A stretch of DNA of 64,000 nt. Source: Vicugna vicugna. Its lineage: Eukaryota. Positions 50,632 to 61,349 of this stretch are shown piece after piece; within the stretch, counting starts at the first letter, position 1; each line of letters begins with the position of its first letter. The stretch covers positions 496,001-560,000 of the forward strand of contig MU058654.1 in the NCBI GenBank assembly GCA_013265495.1, written 5' to 3'. Position numbers and translations under genes: made by a program. The notes beneath the pieces were generated by a model. It did no database searches, had not been told where the DNA came from, and saw only the letters and a list, made by a program, of their open reading frames with translations.

Positions 50632-51268
50632 TGAGGTAGGATGGAAGGGAGCAGGGTACAACCACTCAAGGAATGACAGCAACTTAACACCAAAATGGTG
50701 GAAGATTCACCAAAATGGTGGAAGATTCAACTCCCAGTTGGCCTTGAGGATTAAGAGGTTTAAATTCTAGTAGACCTTGGGCTTCATTATATGCTCATTG
50801 TAACAGCGTAATTAATAACATGCCCTCAGGCGCCATGACAGTCCCAAGGCTAACCGCAAAAGGCCAAAGAATGGGCGGTGGTCCAGTTCCTGGTAATCTC
50901 TGCCCCTTCCCCAGGGCAGTCGGAAAGGTCCCACCTATAGGCCTGTGAAGTTACTGAGACCATAAAAACTGACAACGCCACGTCTAGTGGCCTTTTTTGC
51001 TCTCTCCCCTTTGGAGACGGCCCGCACTCTGTCTATGGAGTGTGTACCTACTTTTACTTTAACCTGAGCACCCAACCCCCACGCCTCTTTCCTTGCCTTT
51101 CTCTTGCCTTACACTCTAAATAAATCTCCCTTTACTCAACTGTGGCTCGCTCTTGACTTCTTTCCTGTGTGAAGCCAAGGACCCACACTTGGGGGGGCAC
51201 ATCCCAGGGGCTCAACCAAAGCCTGGGACACGGCCCTCCTTACGCCCCACATCCGTTTTCCTGCATCA
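50632..51268 (+). mobile_element. ERV1-like solo LTR inserted into an old L1 ORF2 fragment
   Basis: Starts TG, ends CA; 4-bp TSD aaaa at 50628-50631 and 51269-51272; AATAAA 51119-51124; the empty site reconstitutes an L1-like 'agtcaaaattccaactgcgttttt'. Confidence 0.85.
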
Positions 51269-51439
51269 AAAATTCCAACTGCGTTTTTGAAGAACTCAAC
51301 AGGGTAGGGTAGTTCACTTCCTATTTGAGGCAGTGATTATTCTGTGCAAAAATAAGCATGGGTTGGAATCGGCAGCCTTTTCCATACCTGCAGTGGTGAG
51401 AGGGCATAAACCCGGAAGTCACATGGACACAGGTATGAG

Positions 51440-51650
51440 TGAGTCCCAGTTCTGTCCTCACCAGCTTTGCACTGGAGCAATCACATCTCTGAGTGTCCAC
51501 TTTCTTGTTTATCTTGAAGATTGACTACATAATTGGCATTCAGTTGGAGATCAGAATACCTAATTATGGCTTTGCTAAACAAGATAACACATAAAGCCTT
51601 CACAGAGTCCACGTCTAGCACACAGCAAGCACTCAGTAAATGCAGGCTGC
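51440..51650 (+). mobile_element. MIR
   Basis: 'gagtcccagttctgtcctcaccagct...acatctctgagtgtccactttctt...agcacacagcaagcactcagtaaatg'. Confidence 0.65.
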
Positions 51651-52180
51651 CTTCCTCTCTTTCCCCTCAGGGCCATCCCCAGAAGCACAGAGCTATAGAG
51701 ATTTCCAGAGCCGGATGGCCCCACCCCTGGTAGAAAAGAGAGGCCTCACCCAACCTTGGCTGGTTGATTAAATGACGTTGCAGGGCCTGCCCAAGTAGGA
51801 ATGCTTTTCATCTTTGTGCTAGACCGTAATTTAAATCTATATTTTATCACAAGAACTGGAAAATGTAGGCTACAAAGACACAGAGAGCAGCCCAAGGCCT
51901 TGACTGTCTCCTTATTCCCTTTGAACTTGATGAAAGCAATACTTGCCCTAACTTGAGCCCAGAGGGGAAGCTCACGAGAGACCAAGGAGACTGAAGCTTC
52001 AGGGCATCTTGTTAGCACAGGCCCCTCTGAGGCCCTGGAAGGGGTTCTGGTAGGGGTTGCATTCGGCAGGTGTTTTTGTCAAATTCTCAAAAGTGAGCTA
52101 TTTTAGCTGAAACCATTTAGGGCTGGGTCTTTTGACTGGCATCCCGTGCATCAGTCTTCTGATCAGATTGGGGGGCAGGG

Positions 52181-52525
52181 TGAAAGGGAGCAGGACCCTG
52201 TGCACCCCTCCCTCTCCAATCCCTGCTTCTTGTTTGTAGAAAAGCTGGCGCCCCCCAGGCCTCCCCGAGTCCCAGAAGAGCAGGCTCAAGCAGTTGATTA
52301 GAACAAGCTTTGCAGGCACTGGGGGATGGCAATGCCTCTGACCACCTACCTCAACGATCAACTGAGATTACTCCCCCATTTCCCTTTAGAACCTTCAGGG
52401 CTGAACAGAATCTTGGGAGTTTTGGTTTTTTTGGGTTTTTTTGGGGTTTTTTGCGGGGGTGGCCGAGAGGGATGTTGAGTCCACCAGATGGCAGCCTTTC
52501 TGGTTAAAAGCAACTTTCCTTCTTG
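52181..52525 (+). mobile_element. ERV1-like LTR fragment
   Basis: 'tgaaagggagcaggaccctgtg...ctgcttcttgtttgtagaaaagct...agagcaggctcaagcagttg' resembles artiodactyl ERV1 LTR 5' ends; no TSD found. Confidence 0.55.
52481..52495 (+). promoter_or_regulatory. CTCF core motif
   Basis: CCACCAGATGGCAGC matches CCASYAGRKGGCRS. Confidence 0.6.
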
Positions 52526-52529
52526 TTAC

Positions 52530-53080
52530 CAAGGCTGTTGCCCCCAGGATCATACCCCTGCCCCTCCCTGGACTAGAAACTGATTACTCTTATCTAAGTT
52601 CCTGGAGGCGGCTACAGAGAACTGGTTAGAACCACCGAGTTCGAGATGGTGGAGGATTTGACTTCCAATTGGGCCTTAAGCCTCATTATTACGCTCATTG
52701 TAATGTATTATGCCAAGCAACACACCCACCGACGCCATGCCGGTAGACGATTGCCATGACAACGACCAGAAGAGTCCATACTAGGACTGAAAAGCCCTTA
52801 CAAGGGCTGATTGGCTCCATCACACCCGGAAGAAGCCTCTCATAAAAGTCCACGTGGCCGGACGTGGGCTGGACTTGTCCCTCCTGGCCAGCCTGGCTGA
52901 CGGCTCCCCACTCAAGCACCTTTTCCTCGCTCGAGCACTTTCCTTCCTTTTCATCTTTTGAGAAATAAAAGCAGTTTTCACTCTGTCCCTCTGCTTCAGC
53001 TATGAATTCTTTCCAGCCAGCAGACAAGGACCCACACTTTGGTGGGCCTTCTAATTTAGGACTCTCACGATTGGCTAACA
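52530..53080 (+). mobile_element. ERV1-like LTR related to the 50632-51268 LTR
   Basis: Shares 'atggtgga(a/g)gatt', 'gctcattgtaa', 'cgccatg', 'caaggacccacactt' with the 50632 LTR; AATAAA near 52964; ends in CA. Confidence 0.7.
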
Positions 53081-53339
53081 GTGGCCATGAGTACTTTTGG
53101 GGTCCAGCTAAGGAGAAGTTTGGCTTCCACGGAATACATGCAGGTGATTCACAGCCACTTCCTTGTAGAGTTGAGTTAATGGGGACTGTCCTGGTGGGGT
53201 CCTGGCTTCCAGGTATTTCTACCATCCACCATGTGGACCCATCCAGTGTGATGACATTCAGATGCAAGGCCAGGGGTCCTGATGTGGCCCTGTGCTACTG
53301 TGCCCGACACCAGAAGCACGAGATGAGTGGAGGAGAATA

Positions 53340-53887
53340 AAATGTACTGAGCCAGAAGAAGCTACTCTGGAATATTCTTCCAAATCCCACAGCTCATATA
53401 TTTATATGAAAGAAACTTGAGAGAGAAATTTTTAAATGTGACAACAATCAAACATTTACACGACATCACCTGTGATTTGCATCTATATTCTAAGAGCAGC
53501 AATTTTGAGAAGCTGAAAGGAATTTCTCAAACTATCAATGATAACAAAAAAAATTGTAATTAACCATGCCAAAGGAAAGACTAAATTATCTTATTATTCT
53601 ATTAAAAAAGAAAATCACAAAATTGCCATTCAAGAGGATACAGGGAAAAGATCTAGGGAAAAAAAAATTACTGACTGTGCCAGGCAGATCATTAATAAAA
53701 AATTGTTACTTTGTCATGTTTGCAGTATTTGCCTGCTTTAAAATTTTGTAGCTTATCATTTATTTTCTATTCTGTATATTTTCTTTCATACCTAATTGGA
53801 TTCATTCATAATTATGTATTCTTATTCTCAAATAGAATCCCCCAACTGCAAAAGATTCAGGGCTCACAGAGCAGGGACCTGCCCCTT
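53340..53887 (+). mobile_element. hAT-Tip100 (Zaphod-like) DNA transposon 3' remnant
   Basis: Decayed hAT dimerisation-domain peptide 'AERNFS(K)LSMI...TMPKERLNYL'; 3' end 'ccccaactgcaaaagattcagggctcac...cctgcccct' resembles the Zaphod terminus. Confidence 0.7.
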
Positions 53888-54048
53888 GCCTTACCTGAAG
53901 GTGACTCTTCAGTTTTATGAATGGCCTTGGGCCCCAGGGTGGACATTCCTCACAGGGCAGGGAGGAGACCGCAGAGAGGTGGCCACCAGGCGGTCAGTGC
54001 TGGGGAATGTCAGCCAGCCAGCGTGGGGCGGGAGGGGTCTCATCTGAC

Positions 54049-54684
54049 TCTACCTGTGATCAGGCTCTTGTCTCATCACAGAGTTCAGAGACGAGATACA
54101 GAGATTAAGAAAGTAAAGTGAGGATTTATTAAGGGGTGGATAGCACACTCTCAAAGGGAGAGCAGGCAGGCTCAGGTGAGCGGCTGCCCTGAGTTTCTTT
54201 GGCAAGTTGATTACATAGGGTGTAAAAATGAACAGGTGGAATATTCACCAGGGAGGAAAGAGTTTGGGGTCATAGTTTTCATCCCAGCTCCACCTCACCT
54301 TCCCGAGGGGAGGAGGGATTTTTGTCCTTATTTAGTCTGGATCAGAAGTGTCATGGCCTCGGTACATGATGGGTGCTTCTAATTTGCAAGGCAAATTTTA
54401 TTGAAATGAGGGCATAATAAGCAAAAGGTTACATTAGGATGCTGGAGATTCCTGCCTTTTCCCACCTTTCTTTCTCAGCCTCCAGGACCCTTGGCACCCC
54501 AAGATGTGATTTCTTGTCAGTCCCAAGGTTCCTACTTTTCTCTTTCTGCCCAAAGACCCCCGGTGTTCACATGATGCATGGTCTTCTGCCATTTGGCCTG
54601 TGTTCCTCTTTTTTGCCCAATTCCAGCCATTTGGCCTGCATCCTCCTTTCTCTGCTCACATCGAGCTGTCTGCCTGCTCTAACG
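54049..54684 (-). mobile_element. ERV1-like solo LTR (copy A, 636 bp)
   Basis: Reverse complement aligns end-to-end with 54939-55578; 4-bp TSD tgac at 54045-54048 and 54685-54688; poly-A signal-like TTTATT near 54125-54130. Confidence 0.88.
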
Positions 54685-54774
54685 TGACCACTTCTATTGC
54701 TTTCATGAGAGCAGATACGGTGGGCCCAGGAGAACCTGGTCACAACTCTCACCTTTTTTGGGGCAAGTAATGGA

Positions 54775-54820
54775 CACACTAACACACATACATAAACACA
54801 CACACACACACACACACACA
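54775..54820. repeat. (CA)n microsatellite
   Basis: Imperfect then perfect CA run in the spacer between the two LTRs. Confidence 0.9.
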
Positions 54821-54938
54821 CCCCAGGCCAGCTCTATTCATGGAAAAGGCCTCAGGCCTCTGCAGTTTTTCAGCCCGTGAGGATCCAGAGGCTTCTGGCC
54901 ATAGTCTGTAAAAACAGCCAAGGAGAGTCTGGGACTTC

Positions 54939-55578
54939 TGTTAGAGCAGGCAGATAGCTAGACAGGAGCAGAGAAAGGGGGACACAGATCAAAGGGCAGA
55001 AATTGGGCAGAAAGAAGGAGTATGGGCCAAATGCAGGAAACCATACATCATGTAAGCACCAGGGGTCCCTGCGCAGAGAAAGAAAACCAGGAACCTCTGG
55101 GCTGATAAGTGGTCGCAACTTTAGGGGTGATAAGTGGCCTGGAGGCCGACAAAGAAAGGTGGGAAAAGGCAGGAATCTCTAGTGTCCGAATATAACCTTT
55201 TGCTCATTATGCCCTCATTTCAATAAAATTAGCCTTGCAGATTAGGAACACCCATCATGCACTGAGGCCATGACACTTCTGATCCAGACTAAATAAGGAC
55301 AAAAATCCTTCCTCCCTTTGGGAAGGTGGAATTGGGATGAAAATCAGGAGATACGACCCCATACCCCTCCCTCCCTAATGCATATTCCGCCCTTTCATCT
55401 TTACACCCTATGTAACCAACTTGCCAAAGAAACTCAGGGCAGCTGCTCACCTAAGCCTGCCCACTTTCCCCTTGAGAGTGTGCTATCCATTCTTTAATAA
55501 ATTCTCACTTTACTTTATTCTACGTCTTGTCTCTGAATTTTTCCTGGGACGGGACAAGAACCTGGAACACTGGTTACA
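54939..55578 (+). mobile_element. ERV1-like solo LTR (copy B, 640 bp)
   Basis: TG...CA ends ('tgttagagcagg'...'ggttaca'); AATAAA 55496-55501; same family as copy A; TSD not cleanly recovered. Confidence 0.85.
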
Positions 55579-56586
55579 TCCTGCAGCAAAAATCCCACCT
55601 GCTTCCAGCAGGAAAGGAATCAAATCAAACCAGTAGCACATTTCCTCCTTGGAATCAGGAGGAGGAACTGAGATAAGAAACAGGAGAGCAGTGCATCTGT
55701 CAGGTGGTCCGGAAGTGCTTGCGGAATCCAAACAAAGCATATAATTAACGTTTAGGCCCTGAAGCGAAGTTTTGTTTGCTGAGTAGAGTTTTCTTTTTTC
55801 TTTCAGTTTGAGCTAGCTCTGTTTGGCCCACTGACCCTGGGCTGCTTCAGGTGTGTATGTGACCCGCCAGGCTCTACAAGTATTTGAAAGTGCAGGTGGG
55901 CCATTTGCATCGTCAAGGCCGTGGTGTAACCCTGTCCTTACAGCTAAGACTTTCCCATCTGGCCCTCAGGCTCCCAGACCAATGCTTTGGTTTTCTGGAC
56001 CCACCAGAAGTCCTAAGGTCCCCTGGAAGTTGAACTTGAGGCTCCAGCAGCCGGCAAGGCAAAGGGCTCGGGGCTGGATACCTCAAACCAGCACCTGTCA
56101 GCCCTGCTCCAGTTCACGCCTTGGTTTAAGCACACAGAGGTGGAGAGGTGCTTCACGGGGGGGCCTTTGGCTCAGTAAGCAACTCCCCGCAGGACAGCCG
56201 TGCTGGACAGGAGGGCTGAGTAGCTCAGTTAGAAAAGTCTGTCCATCCATCCACTCCAGCTTTGCAGGAAAACAACCATCAAGGGCTCACTTGGGATAAA
56301 GTGTAATTTCTGTGCATCATTGTTCAGTGGTACCTCATCTCCCTCATCCCCAGCCTGTCTATCAATCTGCCTTACAGAAATGATTGTAGAGAAATGGACA
56401 GTGAACATCAGAACTGCCCTGAGCATCCCTAATGCATTGGTGCTGCTTTCACTTGAGCCTCGTGGGGCCTGAGTCTGCAGGCTGTTCCTGTCCTTCCCCG
56501 AGAAGTACCTGCGCCTGACTCCACTGTCCCCTAAATCCTTCCCATAAGGCTGTTAGCCTCACCACAGAGAATGCGGAACACTGGTT

Positions 56587-56657
56587 AAAAAAAAAAAACA
56601 GCAAAAAAACAAAATAACAACAACAAAAAAACAAGAACAAAAACAAAACAAACAAAA
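56587..56657. repeat. A-rich (A)nC simple repeat
   Basis: aaaaaaaaaaaacagcaaaaaaacaaaataacaacaacaaaaaaacaagaacaaaaacaaaacaaacaaaaa. Confidence 0.85.
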
Positions 56658-56894
56658 ACCCTCAGTGTCAAGACCAGCAGCCTGTCTCACTGCCGCTAGG
56701 CAAGGCCCTCCTCCTGCACCACGAAGAGAAATTAATGCAGAATCTCAATTCCTGCTTCCTTTCATCTCTCCTGATGCTTGGAAAAGCTAGTGAGGAAAAC
56801 AAAAGCAAAGGGAGACAAGAAGTGGCTTTGGGGCTTCTGCTGAAAGCAAGTTAATTTGATACATGTGAATTTTTAAAACGTTTCTTTTCTCACG

Positions 56895-57045
56895 TACATG
56901 GAGCACCTAGTATGTGCCACGCGGTGTGCTGAGCACGTTGCACGTTAGCCTCTCCTCAGTCCTTGCAATAACCTTGAAATAACGGGTGAGCCAGTAAGAG
57001 GAAGAATGGGCCTGGGGCCCAGCTTTCCTAGATTCCAAGACTGAG
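56895..57045 (-). mobile_element. MIR fragment
   Basis: 'gagcacctagtatgtgccacgcggtgtgctgagcacgttgcacg...agtccttgcaataaccttga'. Confidence 0.65.
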
Positions 57046-57077
57046 CTGATTTTTGGTGTATAAGTTGAAGAATCATA

Positions 57078-57679
57078 ACTTCTTTATCCAGTCATCTGTC
57101 AATGGACATTTAGGTTGTTTCCAAGTCTTGGCTATTGTAAATGTCCTGAGTGCCCATAGACAGATGACTGGATAAAGAAGTTGCGGTATATTTATACAAT
57201 GGAATACTATTCAGTCATAAAAAAGAATAAAACGATGTCATTTGCAACATAGATGGAACTAAATGAAGTCATTCTAAATGAAGTAAGCCAGAAAGAGGAA
57301 GAAAAATACCATATGATAACACTTATATGTAAAATTTAAAAGAAAAAAGAGAGAGAGAATGTGACACAAATGAACTTACTTACAAAATAAAAATTGACTC
57401 ATAGACATAGAAACAACCTTATGGTTACCAGGGAGGGAAAGGGAAGAGATAAATTGGGAGTTTGATATTTGCAGATACTAACTACTATATATAAAATAGA
57501 TAAACAGTAAGTTTCTTCTGTATAGCACAGAGAACTCGTCAATATTTTGTAGAAAGCTACAATAAAAAAGAATATGAAAATGAATATATGTATGTATATA
57601 TATGACTGAAATATTATGCTGTATACCAGAAATTGACACAACATTTTAAACTATGTCAATTAAAAAAAAAAGAAAAAAA
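57078..57679 (+). mobile_element. 5'-inverted (twin-primed) L1 insertion
   Basis: Antisense L1 segment 57079-57142, then sense ORF2 end/3'UTR/poly-A 57145-57679; TSD gaagaatcata at 57067-57077 and 57680-57690. Confidence 0.92.
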
Positions 57680-57940
57680 GAAGAATCATAGGAACCTTTC
57701 CCATAAGAGTTTCCCAGGAGTTCCAAGCTTGGGAAACAGGTCTTGGAAGGGGAAGGTTGGGGCAGAGCCAGAAGTCAGCCATGGAGAAGCATGAGCATGG
57801 GGTTTTTAGTTGTGTCCTTTACTTCTTGGCAGGGCTGATAAAAAAAAGAGAAGAAAAGAAAATTAGAATTATAGGCTTACTTGTTCTGAGGCTAAGAAAT
57901 GAAAAGAAAACACAAAGCATATGATTATTAATCAAAAGAC

Positions 57941-58005
57941 ATAAAAATGAATATAATGAATATAAAAATGAATATAAATGAATACAATGAATATAAAAAT
58001 GAATA
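57941..58005. repeat. AT-rich tandem repeat of (A)nTGAATAT units
   Basis: ataaaaatgaatataatgaatataaaaatgaatataaatgaatacaatgaatataaaaatgaata. Confidence 0.85.
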
Positions 58006-58259
58006 CCTAAATCTGAGATATTTCACTCAAATTTGCATCTGAAGAATCTAGCCAAGCTGACCTCTTGAGAAAAGGTCTTTCATAGTTTAAACTACAACAC
58101 CCACACTCACACACACAGAGTATAGAAAATAAAATATTAAGTGAGCAATTACTCTCCATCCAAACATGAACAAATACCGTTTCCTCCTCTAAAAACAGCA
58201 GGTTTGCTCAATTGTCCCAAGTAATTGGAGAAAGGGCCTTTTAAGAAATGTTTTCGATG

Positions 58260-58273
58260 GTGCCATCTGGTGG
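58260..58273 (-). promoter_or_regulatory. CTCF core motif
   Basis: Plus gtgccatctggtgg = minus CCACCAGATGGCAC. Confidence 0.6.
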
Positions 58274-59138
58274 ATTCATCCTAGAAGCGCTATCTGTTCT
58301 CATAATTAAATTGGAAAGGATATTGTAGGACCTAATGAGACCGTCGGCCCCTGGATTTTCCCCTGTGGCTTTCCATGATCTTCCCTCCGGGCATCCTCAG
58401 CCTCCTTTCCAGTCCGCCATAATCAACTGATCCTTGAAGTTCCCCTTTCATCTCATAGCCTTTCTGCTGCATTAGAGCCATTTTATGGCAAGATTTATAG
58501 CAATGTTAGGAATAAAGAAGACTGCTGTAAAATAACCCTGGACAACATTATAAACTGGCAATAAAATTGGCTGTAGTGCACAGCTGGTACTTACGTAGAC
58601 CACCTGTTCCATTTTTAGCCACTCCTGATCAGTTGCTTCCTCCCCATTGCCTGTACTTTGAAAGCCTTCACTTGCCTCCTTCTCCCCGAAAGTTCTTCAG
58701 AACTGACGGTAATTTCCAGAATGTGCTGAGGCCTCACCTTGCTTGTCCATGTAGCCATAACCATTGCCTAGAAGCCCATCATGGTTGATTCTTGCTTCTG
58801 GGTCTTCAAGCTCTTCCAAAATCCAGATGTTAGATCGAAGACAAGTTTCACCAAAACTCTCGCACCAGCTATGACATACACTTGAATCCAAACACACATA
58901 TTTGTGTCATAAAATTAGATAAAATGTTCAAGAAGTTATGTACTTCCGCACAACTGTGGAGAAGGTACTAGGGCCATAATCTGGAGGAACGGTTCCCATT
59001 TCATGAGCAGTACAAGTTGAAAATTTTACATATGTTATCCCCAGTCTTTGCAACAACTCAGCTAGATTGAGTCCATCAATTTTTCACTTCCTCTATGATT
59101 TCAGTAAATAATTCTACCAACCTCAGTTTAGAAGTTAA

Positions 59139-59270
59139 GGGGGAAGGCATAGCTCAAGTGGTAGAATGTATCCTTAGCATGCATGAGGTCCTGGGTTCAA
59201 TCCCCAGTACTTCCTCTAAAAATAAACAAATAAGTAAACCTAATTATCCCCCCCAAAAAAGCCAAGAACA
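59139..59270 (+). mobile_element. tRNA-derived SINE (vic-1-like, long-tail form)
   Basis: A box tagctcaagtgg 59150-59161, B box ggttcaatcc 59194-59203, 'cctaattatccccccc' tail; TSD agaagtt at 59130-59136 and 59271-59277. Confidence 0.9.
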
Positions 59271-60394
59271 AGAAGTTGGCCTATCAATAATGCAGTGATG
59301 TAGTGAGAAATCAAAGGAACAGTAGGAGCAGCTAAGACTCACCACATACTTATTCTGTGCTAAGCAGAGAAAAGCGATTTTGGTGGACTGGCTTCTCTCT
59401 TTGCCACAGATATTGAAATTTCTAGGCAAAAGACATCAGAGGACCTGCCTGTGAGTCACCAGCCATTCTCTGCAGAAGCACATCTGGAGACGAGCATCCC
59501 CACCTGTCATAAGACACCAGCTCTTCTGTCTCCCCTTCAAGGCCCTCCATAGCCCAGCCCCGGCTCACTCAGAGTGCTCTATGGTCCCTGCTCCTCACCA
59601 CGTTACACACTCCGGTTCAGCTGCTTTCATGAGCATGTGCGCATCGTTCCAGCCCCGCCGTGTTGCTCTCTGCCTTCATTCCATCCACAATTTACCCTTC
59701 CTCCAAGTCCCGCTCAAGTGCAACCCGTTTGGTAAAGCCATCCTCAACAAGCAGCCTATGCACGACTGTGTCTCCCTGAGCCCTTAGCACACCTGTCGCC
59801 TTACCTTGCATTTTACTGGTCACTATTTATCCAAATAAATGGACTGAAGCACCTTATGTGAAAAGTACCTGGATACACTGAAACGTTGAGTGTATCCCCT
59901 GGGGCGTCATGAGAGGAAAGTTCTGCTCTCAGTGATTTCATTCTCTCGTGGGGTGGGGATGGAACAGCTATCCACAGAAGACATTCAGATAAATGTCCCC
60001 AGGAGTCCACACATGGAGAGGTTTCTCCTGATCAGAGAGATGGCAAAGTTGACTAGAGAAGGAAATGTTGGGGTCAGGCCATGGAGGCATGTCACAGACG
60101 TGTGACGGTGTCCTTTTCACCTGTCTCAGTCCCCTCTCCCGCATCCTTCATACCGGCTACCAAAATGATCTTTCTAAAACCTGGCCAGGCCACTCCGCTG
60201 CTGAAAACCCTTCATGGCTTTCCAAGCCCACAGCAGCGTTTCCCACCACGGTTGACGGCTCCAAGTGTCCCACAAACAGCGAGCGCTCGGCCAGCAGCGC
60301 ACCCAGCAACCCTCAGAAACTCATACCGCACATCAGCGCGGCAAGGGCTCTGAGTGTTTTCTGGTCAAAAAGCCTGCTTGACTATTCTCTTAAA

Positions 60395-60970
60395 TTTTTT
60401 TATTGAAGAATAGTTGATGTACAATATTATGTAAGTTACAGTTGTACAACATAGTGATTCACGATTTTTAAAGGTTATATTCCATTTATAGTTTTTATAA
60501 AATATTAGCTATATTCCCCATGTGGTACAATGTATCCTTGTAGCTTGTTTTATATAGTTTGTAATAGTTTGTACCTCTTGACCCTCCATATGTCCCTTCC
60601 CCTCTTTCCTCTCCCCACTGGTAACCACTAGTTTATTCTCTATCTGTGAGTCTGCTTCTTTTTTTTTTTTTGCTATATTCACTAGTTTGTTGCATTTTCC
60701 AGAGTCTACATATAAGTGATATCATACAGTATTTGTCTTTCTCTAACTTAGTTTACTTCGCACCATACCCTCCAAGTCCATCCATGTTGCTGCAAATGGC
60801 AAAATTTAATTATGTTTTATGGCTTTTTATTCCATTGTGTATATCTATATAGATATATATAAATGTGTGTGTGTGTGTATTTGTGTGTGTGTGTTTGTAT
60901 AAAACATCTTCTTTATCCATTCATCTGTTGATTAACACTTACTTGATTCCTGCTTTCACTATTTTTTTCC
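60395..60970 (-). mobile_element. 5'-truncated L1 3' end (older subfamily) with internal (TA)n/(TG)n
   Basis: 'tttattgaagaatagttgatgtacaatattatgtaagtt...ccatccatgttgctgcaaatggc...ctttatccattcatctgttga'. Confidence 0.9.
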
Positions 60971-61349
60971 TGAAATATCTTTTGTCCACCTCGGGCTGCT
61001 GAGGTTGTCCACACAGGGAGTGGCTGACCTGCCGGAGGGCGCCCACCCCCGGCTGGAAGCTGGTTCTGTGTAGTCTGCTGGCTGCACGGCCCCATCTCCC
61101 TCCCACCCACGTCTTGCTCTGAACTTCAGTTGCACTGGAAGTCCCACACAGCCTCCTGGCCATGCACTTGCCTGTTTTGTCAAGCCCCTTTTCCCTCCCA
61201 GGTGAACCCCGTGCCCGCTCCTGGTAGGTCCTCGCTGGCCCTCTGTCCCCCTGTTCCCCAGGTGGAGCTGCCCTGCTCCCTTGGAACCTCCCTTAAACAT
61301 TCTAGGAATTGTATGTAGTTCTGCAGATAAACTTATTCACTTGGTTTTA

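Noticed and set aside
52695..53267. 190-aa minus-strand ORF, the longest without Ns
   Set aside because: Mostly antisense LTR sequence; no gag/pol/env or cellular motifs
54049..55578. Proviral remnant between two LTRs
   Set aside because: LTRs are inverted, ~20% diverged, and the spacer has no PBS, PPT or coding remnant
9000..59460. Scattered single AP-1 sites (TGACTCA/TGAGTCA)
   Set aside because: A 7-mer is expected several times per 64 kb; only clustered contexts were kept
60200..60345. Local CpG enrichment
   Set aside because: Too short for a CpG island, partly L2-like, with no supporting promoter features
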